Shown: positions 51,225 through 61,075 of the stretch, one piece after another
Numbering within the stretch: position 1 is the first letter of the stretch
How the letters are laid out: each line of letters starts with the position of its first letter
Assembly: GCA_963841015.1 (NCBI GenBank)
Contig: CAWJAX010000003.1
Span: 480,001-544,000, forward strand
Direction of reading: 5' to 3'
From: an uncultured Methanoregulaceae archaeon
GTDB lineage: Archaea; Halobacteriota; Methanomicrobia; Methanomicrobiales; Methanospirillaceae
Length of the DNA: 64,000 nt
Made by a program: the position numbers and the translations under genes
The notes under the pieces: model-generated
The model's database searches: none
What the model was told of the DNA's origin: nothing
What the model saw: the letters and a program-made list of their open reading frames with translations, nothing else

Positions 51225-51774
51225 ATGCCAGATCAACAGAACTCTACCATAAAGTCAAGCCACAAGGTGCCTGAAAACAAGCGGACGACCCTCGGGCATT
51301 ATGTGACAGCGGAAGAGGCGTATGCGATGTGGAAGAATGAGCCGAAGAAGGTCCACATCCTTGATGTTCGCACTCCGGAAGAATACGTTTTTGTCGGCCA
51401 TGCGGAGATGGCAAGGAACATTCCCCTCCTTTTCGTAAAACACGAGTGGAACGCTGAGACCAACCAGTTTGAGGTAGAGCCGAACCCCGATTTCATTGCC
51501 GAAGCGAAACGTCAGTTCAAGCCCACTGACACAATCCTGGTCATGTGCCGGTCCGGGGACCGCAGTGCGATGGCAGTCAACGCTCTTGCAAAATCTGGTT
51601 TTGTAAACGTCTATAATATCATCGATGGCATGGAAGGGGACCTGGTAGATGATCCCAACAGCAAACATCACGGAAAAAGGATGAAGAACGGCTGGAAGAA
51701 TTGCGGAGTCTCCCTGGACCTATGAGGTCAAGCCGGAGCAGACATTTTTACCGGGGTGTCAGAAAGTAAGGTGA
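51225..51774 (+). CDS. Rhodanese/sulfurtransferase; probable +1 frameshift near 51709 (track ORF ends at 51725)
   Basis: LDVRTPEEY, CRSGDRS, GWKN.G; the shifted frame reads PWTYEVKP. Confidence 0.85.
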
Positions 51775-51829
51775 TAACCCCCGCGTGCGACAAGAGACCG
51801 ATGCATGTTAATGAGAGGAGGAAAACGTT

Positions 51830-52092
51830 GTGACCCAGATTGATCCTTTTTTAATCGCCGTAGGCACGCTCGGCACACTCGTCTTCATCATCACCAGCAT
51901 GGTGAGGATGGGCTTCAGCGTGACTATCCCCCAGATCATCGCCCCAATACGGAACACACGGCTGGTCCTCCTGTCCCTTGCTGCCAACTTTATCCTCGTA
52001 CCCCTCCTGGCGCTGCTGATCGTCCGGCTCCTGCCACTCTCCACGGGTCTGCAGATTGGGCTGATCCTGTGCGGCATGGCGGCCAGCGCTCC
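51830..52092 (+). pseudogene. Truncated bile acid:sodium symporter (BASS) N-terminus
   Basis: SM..MG, LAANFILVPLLA, GLIL..AASAP, then homology is lost. Confidence 0.78.
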
Positions 52093-52245
52093 GGTTCAAT
52101 CGCATCGAGGAACAGCTCACAATTCTGCTTCAGGCTGTTCAGGTACAGTTCTGCAAAGTCCCCCATCGTCTGGTCAAAGGTATCAGATTTTCTCCTTTGC
52201 AGGAGCACGCGCCAGAATCCAGCCACATATTCCTGCATACTTTGA
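52093..52245 (-). pseudogene. Decayed DUF2252 3' remnant
   Basis: YAGICGWILARA and KSDTFD..FAELY..CELFLDA match the end of 56856-58259. Confidence 0.8.
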
Positions 52246-52380
52246 CACTGATTTATCGCATCTGGACTCAGTAAATGGCAAATCCTGCGCATGGTGGGAT
52301 GTTTGAATAATATCTATATTATCAAACGCCACAATCAATCTTACTTGAGTACTGAATACCCATAAACCGAGTTGTGAAGC

Positions 52381-53727
52381 ATGAGATTTCCCTTAATGAG
52401 CAGAATCGCAGGTCGTAACGCCTGGGATCGGATGAGTGTGAATTTCCTGTTCATTCCCGGGATCATGGCGCTTGGAGCGATGCTGCTGGCGTGGTTGATG
52501 TTCTGGCTGGATGGTCAAATCCCCAATGAAATCCTGAATACCAGCCGTTTTATCGTGTCGGGCAGTGTCACCGAATTGCGTGGTTATCTGTTTGCGATGG
52601 CCACCGCTGTCCTGACAACCGCCGGCGTGGTCTTCACGCTCCTTACCCTGCCACTTTCGACTGTAGCTGCCCAGTACGGTTCACGCCTGTTGCGAATTTT
52701 CCTGGGTGATCGTACTACCCAGTTCGTTCTGGGTATGTTTGTGGCTACCTTTGCCTATTGTGTCTTTAGTGCCATGGCAATTCCTCCGGCTGAAGTACGA
52801 CCCGAGGGGGCCCAGATTACTACTACCATTGGATTGTACCTTCTGATAGCAGCCTTTGCTTCGCTCATCCTCCTGATCCAGCATATCAGTATGATGCTCC
52901 AGGCTCCCAATATCGCGGCAGCGGCGGGCGTAGAACTGATGGAGGTTGTCCGTGAAACGAACCTGCAGCAAGCCCCTGGCGGGGAATACCAGCGTCAGAC
53001 CGCCAGAAACCTGCCGGATTCATTCATGATGGAAAAAGCCAGTCCGGTTCGTGCGACTGAAACGGGTTATATCCAGTATGTAGATCCCGAATACATCCTT
53101 CCCCTGGCCGAAAAAAAGAATATCGTGATCCATATTGTCCCCAAGCCAGGCGCCTTTGTCAGGAGTGGCATGGTTATTGCAGAGGTCTGGCCCGCCGATC
53201 GGGTTGATAATGACCTGAATGACGAAATCAGAAACACCTTCCATCTTGGAAACCAGCGCACACCCACCCAGGATGTCGAATACGCCATCAACCAGCTTAC
53301 TGAAATGGCCGTCCGGGCCATGTCTCCGGCTATCAATGATCCTTTCACTGCCATGACCTGCCTGGATTATATTGGTGCTGGTCTGGCGTTGTTTGTCCGA
53401 CAGGGCGCGATAAGCCCGAATATCTATGACAGTCATGGTCAGTTGCGCCTTTTTTTCGCTCCGGTTACTTTTGATGAATTACTCAGCGCTGCCTTCGATA
53501 TGCTTCGCCATGCCAGTTCGGACAATGCAGATGTGTTGCTCCATATGCTGGAGATAATCGATGTAATCAGCCAGGACACGAAATCGCCTGATGACCGCCA
53601 GAAGCTGCTTCGTCACGCTCTCCTTATAGGAGAAGAAAGTCAGGTCGGCTCCCTGATCGAAGAGGACCGCAAGTCAATACACCAACGTAGTGAAGCCCTG
53701 CAACTGAAATTGAAAGGCCTGGTATGA
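52381..53727 (+). CDS. DUF2254 family membrane protein
   Basis: QYGSRLL, GYIQYVD, RTPTQD, RAMSPAINDPFTA. Confidence 0.9.
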   Translation: MRFPLMSRIAGRNAWDRMSVNFLFIPGIMALGAMLLAWLMFWLDGQIPNEILNTSRFIVSGSVTELRGYLFAMATAVLTTAGVVFTLLTLPLSTVAAQYGSRLLRIFLGDRTTQFVLGMFVATFAYCVFSAMAIPPAEVRPEGAQITTTIGLYLLIAAFASLILLIQHISMMLQAPNIAAAAGVELMEVVRETNLQQAPGGEYQRQTARNLPDSFMMEKASPVRATETGYIQYVDPEYILPLAEKKNIVIHIVPKPGAFVRSGMVIAEVWPADRVDNDLNDEIRNTFHLGNQRTPTQDVEYAINQLTEMAVRAMSPAINDPFTAMTCLDYIGAGLALFVRQGAISPNIYDSHGQLRLFFAPVTFDELLSAAFDMLRHASSDNADVLLHMLEIIDVISQDTKSPDDRQKLLRHALLIGEESQVGSLIEEDRKSIHQRSEALQLKLKGLV

Positions 53728-53812
53728 GCACCGATGCCTTCCCTGAAAGAAGAGCAAGTGCAGGCGACTGCGCGTATGGTTCGATCGTTAACGGTTGTAG
53801 AGGGAGAATACC

Positions 53813-54790
53813 GTGAAGCGCTTGTTGAAAATCCTCGGTATTATCGTCCTTGCCATTGCCGTAATCCTGCTTATTGCTCCGCTTCTTTACCCGGTAGCAC
53901 CTCTGACCGGGACCGTCCCTGAACGTGAACTTGCCGACACGGACAGCCGGTTTGTGGAGGTAAACGGGCTGACTGTTCATTACAAAGAAATGGGACAGGG
54001 TGAGCCGGTGTTTATCCTTCTGCATGGTTTTGGGGCCAGCGAGTATTCCTGGCGCGAAGTGATGGAGCCACTCTCCGGATCCGGTCGTGTCATCGCGTAT
54101 GACCGTCCTGCATTTGGTCTTACCGAGCGTCCCATGGAGGGAAACTGGACGGGTACAAATCCTTACAGCGTCCAGGGAAACGTGGAACTGCTGGATAGGC
54201 TGATGGATGAACTCAGCGTGGACAAAGCCATTCTCGTGGGGAATTCAGCGGGTGGAGAGGTCGCAGCCGCGTATGCCCTTGAACACCCGGAACGGGTGCA
54301 GGAGCTGGTGCTGGTGGACCCGGCCGTGGGGAACGGGAAGGGAGGTCGGTTTCCTCAATGGACGATCTCTCTCATGAGTTTACCGCAAATACGAAACCTC
54401 GCTCCTGTGCTGGTGCGTACTATCTCCGGCGAGATAGGAAATGACACCATCCGGCTGGCATGGCATGATCCCGCAAGGATTGATCCGCAGGTGTATGAGG
54501 GGTATCGCAGACCCCTTAAGGCCAATAACTGGGATAAAGCCCTCTACGAGTTCGCCATCGCAGGGAATCCGGTCAGTTATTCCGGACATCTGGCGAATCT
54601 TACCATGCCCGTGCTGATCATCACCGGTGATGACGACCGGATTGTTCCCACTGCACAGAGCATCCAGTTATCCAGGGAGATACCCGGAGCGGAGTTGGGG
54701 GTATTGAAAGATTGCGGGCATGTCCCTCAGGAGGAATGCCCGGACCAGTTCATGACATCAATCCACGCTTTTTTGGCGGGTACGAAATGA
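53813..54790 (+). CDS. Membrane-anchored alpha/beta hydrolase
   Basis: LHGFG, GNSAGG nucleophile, GDDD, CGHVPQEE. Confidence 0.92.
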   Translation: MKRLLKILGIIVLAIAVILLIAPLLYPVAPLTGTVPERELADTDSRFVEVNGLTVHYKEMGQGEPVFILLHGFGASEYSWREVMEPLSGSGRVIAYDRPAFGLTERPMEGNWTGTNPYSVQGNVELLDRLMDELSVDKAILVGNSAGGEVAAAYALEHPERVQELVLVDPAVGNGKGGRFPQWTISLMSLPQIRNLAPVLVRTISGEIGNDTIRLAWHDPARIDPQVYEGYRRPLKANNWDKALYEFAIAGNPVSYSGHLANLTMPVLIITGDDDRIVPTAQSIQLSREIPGAELGVLKDCGHVPQEECPDQFMTSIHAFLAGTK

Positions 54791-54894
54791 AACAGGATTG
54801 TTCATAAAAAAAGAACTTACTTTCCTCTGGACATGATTTCGGATTATGAACCGTAATGCCGGATATATATCACATTAAGACATAACAGAAACGT

Positions 54895-55911
54895 ATGGGA
54901 TTGCTTCCTTTCAGTGAAGACCAGAAACTTCTGCTGGTGATGAGTGCGATAGTAATTCTCGCTCTCATTGCTTTCTGGCCGGTCATTGATATGGTTGTGT
55001 GGGCTGGTGCCCTTGCAGTCGTTCTTATCCCGTTCCATCACCGGCTCTCCCGCACAGTCTCACCATCAACTTCTGCCACCTTCATCACTATCTGGATCAT
55101 TCTTGGGATCCTCCTGTTAATGTCGGCTGCTGCATCGGTCATGTATAATAACCTCGATTATATCGGGGGCATGGTGACCGCGATCGTGAAAGGCTTTGAC
55201 AACTCAGCCATCACGTTTTTGCTTCCGGAGTTCACGCAGGAGCAGCTTGCCAACATGCCAAACACGCTTGTCCAGATACTCCTGCATACTCTTATGTCAC
55301 TGACCGAAAACCTGATGCTGGCACTGCTTCGGATTTCCATCCTCTTCCTCTCTCTGGGAATGCTCATCTCCTATGGCGAGCAGATCTGGATGACACTGAC
55401 AAAAAACCTCTCCCCCAAACTCGCTGCTGCCGTTTCAAAGCTATCAGAGATCACCAGTAACACAATCTACTCCCTTATCGTTGTGCAGATCTCCTCGGCA
55501 GGTATCGCCTTTCTTATCGCCATCCCGTTCTTTTACTTTTTCGGTTACGGGAACGTCCTGCTGTTTGCAACCCTGATAGGGATTGCCCAGCTGATCCCCC
55601 TCATCGGATCAGCTGCCATCATCCTTGTTTTTACCCTCTACCTGATTGCACTCGGTGATTACCGGGGGGCTGCAGTAATGGTCCTTGTTGGTTATCCGCT
55701 CATGAGCGGCTGGCTCGATTATTACTATCGTCCGGTTATGATGGGAAAACGCGTTGCCATCCACCCGATCCTCATGATGATTGCGATCCTTATTGGTATC
55801 CCCTTCATGGGATTCGTAGGTTTCATTCTCGGGCCGGTGCTGATGGCTCTCCTGGTAACCGTCTATAAACTGTATGCTGAGGAGACATCTTCGCATGCTT
55901 CTGAAACCTGA
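54895..55911 (+). CDS. AI-2E family transporter
   Basis: LIPLIG, DYYYRP, IHP, GFILGP. Confidence 0.9.
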   Translation: MGLLPFSEDQKLLLVMSAIVILALIAFWPVIDMVVWAGALAVVLIPFHHRLSRTVSPSTSATFITIWIILGILLLMSAAASVMYNNLDYIGGMVTAIVKGFDNSAITFLLPEFTQEQLANMPNTLVQILLHTLMSLTENLMLALLRISILFLSLGMLISYGEQIWMTLTKNLSPKLAAAVSKLSEITSNTIYSLIVVQISSAGIAFLIAIPFFYFFGYGNVLLFATLIGIAQLIPLIGSAAIILVFTLYLIALGDYRGAAVMVLVGYPLMSGWLDYYYRPVMMGKRVAIHPILMMIAILIGIPFMGFVGFILGPVLMALLVTVYKLYAEETSSHASET

Positions 55912-56292
55912 CCGAATAGTGCGGACTCCTGGGATTACCGGAGCTAAACACAGGTATTCAATGCGAATCTTTTTTTTAAAAAAAAAAGTTCATATTCGCT
56001 TTGTGTGACGTTAAACAGAAATCCCGGTACAATTCCTCTGCAGCAAAGGAATGCCAGGCCGGTTTTGACTACCTGGTGAAAAGGAGGTTTTGACAGACTT
56101 GCTGAAAGACTGAAACCAGCGGTGCCAGGATACATACTGCCAACAATACTACCGATTGAAGAGTAATCCTGCCCAGATTTTTTACTTTTTCCCTCAAGGA
56201 GATGAGATTAATCAAAAAAATCTGACGTTAACACGGGATTGGGGCCGAGGGAGGATTTTTTTTAAAAATACCGTGTTGTTTCCATTACTGAC

Positions 56293-56445
56293 CTATCGTC
56301 TCAAAAAACCCATTAAGAATACCCCAACTCCCCCAAGAAGAAACATCGCACCAAGAACTGTGCCTATATAAGTACTCGGTGCAAGAAGAAATATTCCAAC
56401 AACCACACCCAAAATACCAGCAATCATTAACCCTATATTGACCAT
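56293..56445 (-). CDS. 50-aa two-TM small protein
   Basis: MVNIGLMIAGILGVVVGIFLLAPSTYIGTVLGAMFLLGGVGVFLMGFLRR. Confidence 0.6.
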   Translation of the reverse strand: MVNIGLMIAGILGVVVGIFLLAPSTYIGTVLGAMFLLGGVGVFLMGFLRR

Positions 56446-56595
56446 GTGTTATCCAATTACCACAACAATGTTCATGGTAATAAACATGTTGTAAATGAGA
56501 TTCGCAACCCGGGTGAAGATGAGAACATGCAGATAGAGCACCCGGGCATGCTCATGTCAGTTAATTATATCTTTGTCCGAAGAGAAGGGAAGCAT

Positions 56596-56796
56596 ATGTG
56601 GAAATTTTGGAAAAAACCAGAAAAACCCAAGACAAAAATAGATAAACTGTCTGAAAAAGTGGATCAGGCTGTTGCCGGAACGGAAAAAGATCTTAAGGGA
56701 TTATCCAAAACCGGGCGTTCAAAAGGTGAGAAAAGTGTGGATGATGTTATTGTGAATTTAAAAGGGGATCTTGAAAATATTGAAAAAAAGAAATGA
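56596..56796 (+). CDS. Small Lys-rich hypothetical protein
   Basis: MWKFWKKPEKP..., purine-rich SD-like sequence upstream. Confidence 0.55.
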   Translation: MWKFWKKPEKPKTKIDKLSEKVDQAVAGTEKDLKGLSKTGRSKGEKSVDDVIVNLKGDLENIEKKK

Positions 56797-56855
56797 TAGA
56801 TTTCTTCCGGACTCCTGCACAAAGGGTCTGGTTATTAACGACTAAAATACTCCCC

Positions 56856-58259
56856 CTATACTTCTTTTACCACCTGGATCTCACCCGATTCCAGTGCATC
56901 AAGGAACAGCTCACAATCCCGCTCGGTCTGTTCAGCATACAGTTCTGCAAACGACCCTATAGATTTATCAAAGGTGTCGGATTTCCCGATATACCCATAG
57001 ATCATCGATGCATCACCGGATCGGGCATGGGCACGGGCAAGAGTCCAGCCGCAAAAACCAGCATACCGGGATAACTGTTGGGGTGTGCTTGTCGATACAT
57101 CGAAAGAGAATTTCATATCCCTGAGTTGCCGGACATAAAAGTGGCGTTTTTCTTTCCCGGTCGCCCACCCGAGCAGCATGTCGCTGGCTGACTGCATAAG
57201 GCGCTGGCCTACGACAATCCTTTCCCCCTGATGTTTGAATTGACTTTTTCCTGCATAAGGTTCGAGGACAGAAGGATTCGCCTCTTTTACCTGAAGAAGA
57301 AGGGGATCATTCTCTTCTGCCATCAGGAGCAGCACACCACACCGGGTACCCACACTCCCCACACCGACGACTTTATATGCAACATCCTCGATATGATACC
57401 GATCCAGCGGCACCCTTCGTTCATAGGGGAGCGTTTCACGATACTGCTGAAATGCATCAATTATTCCTTCAGGAACCTGCTCTTCAGGAGGCGGGTGGTA
57501 CACGAGGGGGATCTCATCGACAATGAGCCTTTTTCCGCCATGGACCTTGGTAATCTTGGGAAATACATATTCAGTTATATGTGCCCGTGCCTCAGCCTCA
57601 ATGCGTTCCCTGTTTCGTTTTGCCTCGGCATCGGGTGCATTTTTAATGATACTCTCAATATCAAGCCTGGCATACCATACATCGAGTACTTTCATTGTGG
57701 AAAAACTGGCGATTGCTTCACGATATGCCTGAACACAGGCTCTCGTGATAGTATCACAATCCTTTTCTGAAAAATCATTATCCAGGGAACATACATAAAA
57801 ACTGGTCGCAAGACGCTTCACATCCCATTCAAAGGGGGCAGGAAGGGTCTCATCGAAATCATTGATATCAAAGATGAGGTTCCTCTCGGGAGTAGCAAAC
57901 AGCCCGAAATTGGAGAGATGACAGTCCCCACAGGCCTGGACCCGGATATCAGACGTTGGTGTCTGTGCAAGGTCCATTGCCATAAGTGAAGCCGTGCCCC
58001 GATAAAACGCAAAGACGCTCTTTGACATTCGTCCATAGCGAATGGGTATGAGGTGTTCGAGCCTTCCTTCACTTGACTTTTTAATCACCTTCACCGGATC
58101 GGTCCGGTTGGGAGCCACTTCAAACTCAGCCTGGGATACCCGGGGGACCTTTTCCCGCAGGGATTTTCCTTCCTGTCTGCGCTGTTCAGCCGTTTTATAC
58201 TCTGAAATAAATCTCGCAATACCAAACGCGTCTCGCTTCACCGTTGTTTTATTCTTCAT
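56856..58259 (-). CDS. DUF2252 family protein
   Basis: IRYGRM, FYRG, CGDCHLSNFG, FDINDFDE, KVVGVGSVG, YVRQLRDMK. Confidence 0.93.
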   Translation of the reverse strand: MKNKTTVKRDAFGIARFISEYKTAEQRRQEGKSLREKVPRVSQAEFEVAPNRTDPVKVIKKSSEGRLEHLIPIRYGRMSKSVFAFYRGTASLMAMDLAQTPTSDIRVQACGDCHLSNFGLFATPERNLIFDINDFDETLPAPFEWDVKRLATSFYVCSLDNDFSEKDCDTITRACVQAYREAIASFSTMKVLDVWYARLDIESIIKNAPDAEAKRNRERIEAEARAHITEYVFPKITKVHGGKRLIVDEIPLVYHPPPEEQVPEGIIDAFQQYRETLPYERRVPLDRYHIEDVAYKVVGVGSVGTRCGVLLLMAEENDPLLLQVKEANPSVLEPYAGKSQFKHQGERIVVGQRLMQSASDMLLGWATGKEKRHFYVRQLRDMKFSFDVSTSTPQQLSRYAGFCGWTLARAHARSGDASMIYGYIGKSDTFDKSIGSFAELYAEQTERDCELFLDALESGEIQVVKEV

Positions 58260-58455
58260 ACTCCCCCTCCACCATCTGAGCAAACAGTGGTCTGCCAGAA
58301 CCCTTTTGGTATCCTCACCTTGGTGTCATTGCAGTATAGATTTTTCCCAAGAATTTTAATTTGCAGCTGACTATCGTCAAATGGAACTCAAAGTTTTTTT
58401 AATTTTTCCCGGCTTTTATAGTTCGCCGGTAATTGCCTCTTTTCGCTAAAAAAAA

Positions 58456-59271
58456 TTATTTATCTGTTTTGAGGTTTTTTTCGAGGTGCTCAAGCCTCGC
58501 GGAAATTTCCTGGTTTTTCTGTTCCTGCCGGGACATAAGCGATTTTATTTCATCCATTCCGGCGATAACCTGTTTTTCGAAGGGGATGATATCCTCTTCC
58601 GGTTTGTTCTCTTCATCATCCTTTGCCGGGGAGGCTAACAGTTTGCTTGAAATCAACCCGGCAAACGTTGCAAAGACAGCTACCCCGGTCGTCATTACTA
58701 TGATACCTACCAGTCTCCCACCGGTAGTAACCGGAAACCGATCCCCGTATCCGACAGTGGTGATGGTAACATATGCCCACCATATCGCATCACCGGCAGT
58801 GAGGATATTCGCAGACTCTGAAGCACGTTCCGCCTGCAGGACCAGGAACCCCCCTGCTTCGATGATGAGGATAACCATTACAACCAGAATATATAATGCT
58901 GACTGGGCCCGGTTCGTGGAAAGGTACGATCCGATATATGATATCCCGTACTTTCTGACGATCCGATATGCCTTGTATATCCGGAACAGCCGGAAGATAC
59001 GCAATGCCGGGATGCAGGCCAGAAGGTCAGCCCAGCCAAAATCGCGTAAGAAGTAAGATGACCTTGACGGGGCCGTGGCTAATCTCAGACCAAAGTCGTA
59101 GATAAAGAGCAGGGTAAGCACTGCGTTGACGATGTAGACAACATTGATCGCATCCTGATCAACTCCCGGCAGATAGGCAAGAAGCATATTGAAGACCGAA
59201 AGAATCGAAACCGAAGCGATGAATAATTCATACCCGAAATCCAGTTGCTCTCTTCGCTTGATATGTATCAT
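58456..59271 (-). CDS. 6-TM potassium channel (ion transport family)
   Basis: S4-like LRIFRLFRIYK, filter TTVGYGD, C-terminal coiled coil. Confidence 0.92.
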   Translation of the reverse strand: MIHIKRREQLDFGYELFIASVSILSVFNMLLAYLPGVDQDAINVVYIVNAVLTLLFIYDFGLRLATAPSRSSYFLRDFGWADLLACIPALRIFRLFRIYKAYRIVRKYGISYIGSYLSTNRAQSALYILVVMVILIIEAGGFLVLQAERASESANILTAGDAIWWAYVTITTVGYGDRFPVTTGGRLVGIIVMTTGVAVFATFAGLISSKLLASPAKDDEENKPEEDIIPFEKQVIAGMDEIKSLMSRQEQKNQEISARLEHLEKNLKTDK

Positions 59272-59780
59272 GAAAATTCACTACAAGAGAAATGCGACGA
59301 TAGCTTAAAAAAACTGCGATTTTCGTGGAGATCGATCTTCAGGTAAGAGTAACTCGTTCAAGGTACTAAAATACCGATTCCGGATTCAGGAAAGCAAATT
59401 CAAAGTGATTTTCCCTGACATTTCAAGAATGATCCTGATATTTTTGATCCACAGTCGTATTTTTCAATTTCCAGAGCCAAAAAATTGAGAAAATCAGGTA
59501 ACATACTTCATCAGTGATCGTGAAAAAAGGGATACTTACCGCTTAAAAAAATTACGAGCAATCGTAATTATGCTGGTACTTATTTTCCCATACTCCGAAT
59601 TTTAGCTCTTTGAGGAATATTTCTCAAAAATAAATTCCCCGATCTGTCGTACACATTTTCCTGTCAATTAAATAGTTATCTGGTCAATTGGGTTCGCCAG
59701 ATTCGATAAAACGGTAATTTGCCCATTTTTTGACATAAGGTATAAATAGAAAGATTTCAGAGGAGTACTCGGTAATTTGT

Positions 59781-60338
59781 ATGGCAGTTTATAGTGCAAA
59801 TGAGGGTCAGGTTAATGACCTCAGGTGGGGATCGTTCGTTCTTCTCGGATTTCTCGCTATCGTGTTCGGGCTCTTAATTGCGTTCTTCCCCCAGATGACG
59901 ACCCTGATCATGATAGAACTCATCGGGATCTTCCTCGTGATCGTATCGTTCGGCGTAATCATGATGTCAGCGGTTGCCCCGGGTGGCCTGAAGGGATCGA
60001 TACTGCTTGCAATTCTTGGGATCCTTGGATTCTTCTTTGGGATTGCAACAATCCTTTCACCGTACGTGATGGGCAAGGCGATCTTCATCCTGGCAGGTAT
60101 TGCCCTGTTAATCGGCGGTATCATTGGTCTGGTCCTCGCAGTTTCAGAAAAAGAGATGGCACACCGGGGGCTGTTCGCCCTCCAGGGTATCCTCTCGATT
60201 ATACTGGGTTGCCTTATTATCGCCGGTCCGGTAATTGGTGCATCACTTCTCGTCCTTCTCCTCGGTACCTATTTTGTAGTCTGGGGGATTCTCAGCGTCA
60301 TTATGGGTTTTGTTGTCCGTAGTGCGAAAAAGGCGTAA
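59781..60338 (+). CDS. DUF308/HdeD family membrane protein
   Basis: Gly-rich 6-TM repeat pattern. Confidence 0.85.
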   Translation: MAVYSANEGQVNDLRWGSFVLLGFLAIVFGLLIAFFPQMTTLIMIELIGIFLVIVSFGVIMMSAVAPGGLKGSILLAILGILGFFFGIATILSPYVMGKAIFILAGIALLIGGIIGLVLAVSEKEMAHRGLFALQGILSIILGCLIIAGPVIGASLLVLLLGTYFVVWGILSVIMGFVVRSAKKA

Positions 60339-60512
60339 TTCTGTAATTACTAAAAAAGAAATTCCTTTTTTTCTTCTTATCTCTGGTTAGTGTCAACATT
60401 CCTTTCGGAACGCTCTTTTGAAGCATTATGACCTGTGGTGAAAACTTCATTCTACCTTATATACAATCGAACCGGTACGTGTATTGAGAAAACTATTCAT
60501 GGCAGGAACAGT

Positions 60513-61055
60513 ATGAATCCGGATAAAGAAAATCTCCCTTCGGGAAATGATGAATCAAAAAATAACTGTAAGGAGAAAGGGGGCATTCATTCATTTGTCG
60601 AATCTATGGCATTATCCAGTACCTGGCTGTTCAGTCTTGCCGTAATTGGTACCGGAATAATTGCAGCCATGCTTTTTGTTTATGGGTTTTTATTGAGTGT
60701 TGCCGGAGTATTTCATTTAATAGCCGAATTCACCCTTGATTTACACGTCATCAAGGAATACCTGGGTACCTCCATTGAGATTATCGATATTTTCCTGGTG
60801 GCAACTGTTTTTTACCTGATATCACTGGGGTTGTATGAACTGTTCATTGCAAAAGCACCACTTCCCGGCTGGGTGGAAATACGCAATCTCGATGATTTGA
60901 AAACAAAACTCCTGGGTCTCACGGTCATTGCCCTGGCGGTTGTCTTCCTCGGTTATGCTCTCACGTTGAGTACCGGGACCAGTATCCTGGAACTTGGTGC
61001 CGCAGTGGGAATAATGATTGCAGCCATTTCTGCCTATCTGTGGGTAAAAAGTTAG
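60513..61055 (+). CDS. YqhA (UPF0114) family membrane protein
   Basis: IDIFL..LGLYELFI..LPGWV..LDDLKTKL. Confidence 0.88.
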   Translation: MNPDKENLPSGNDESKNNCKEKGGIHSFVESMALSSTWLFSLAVIGTGIIAAMLFVYGFLLSVAGVFHLIAEFTLDLHVIKEYLGTSIEIIDIFLVATVFYLISLGLYELFIAKAPLPGWVEIRNLDDLKTKLLGLTVIALAVVFLGYALTLSTGTSILELGAAVGIMIAAISAYLWVKS

Positions 61056-61075
61056 AATAAAAAATCCTTTCGGGA

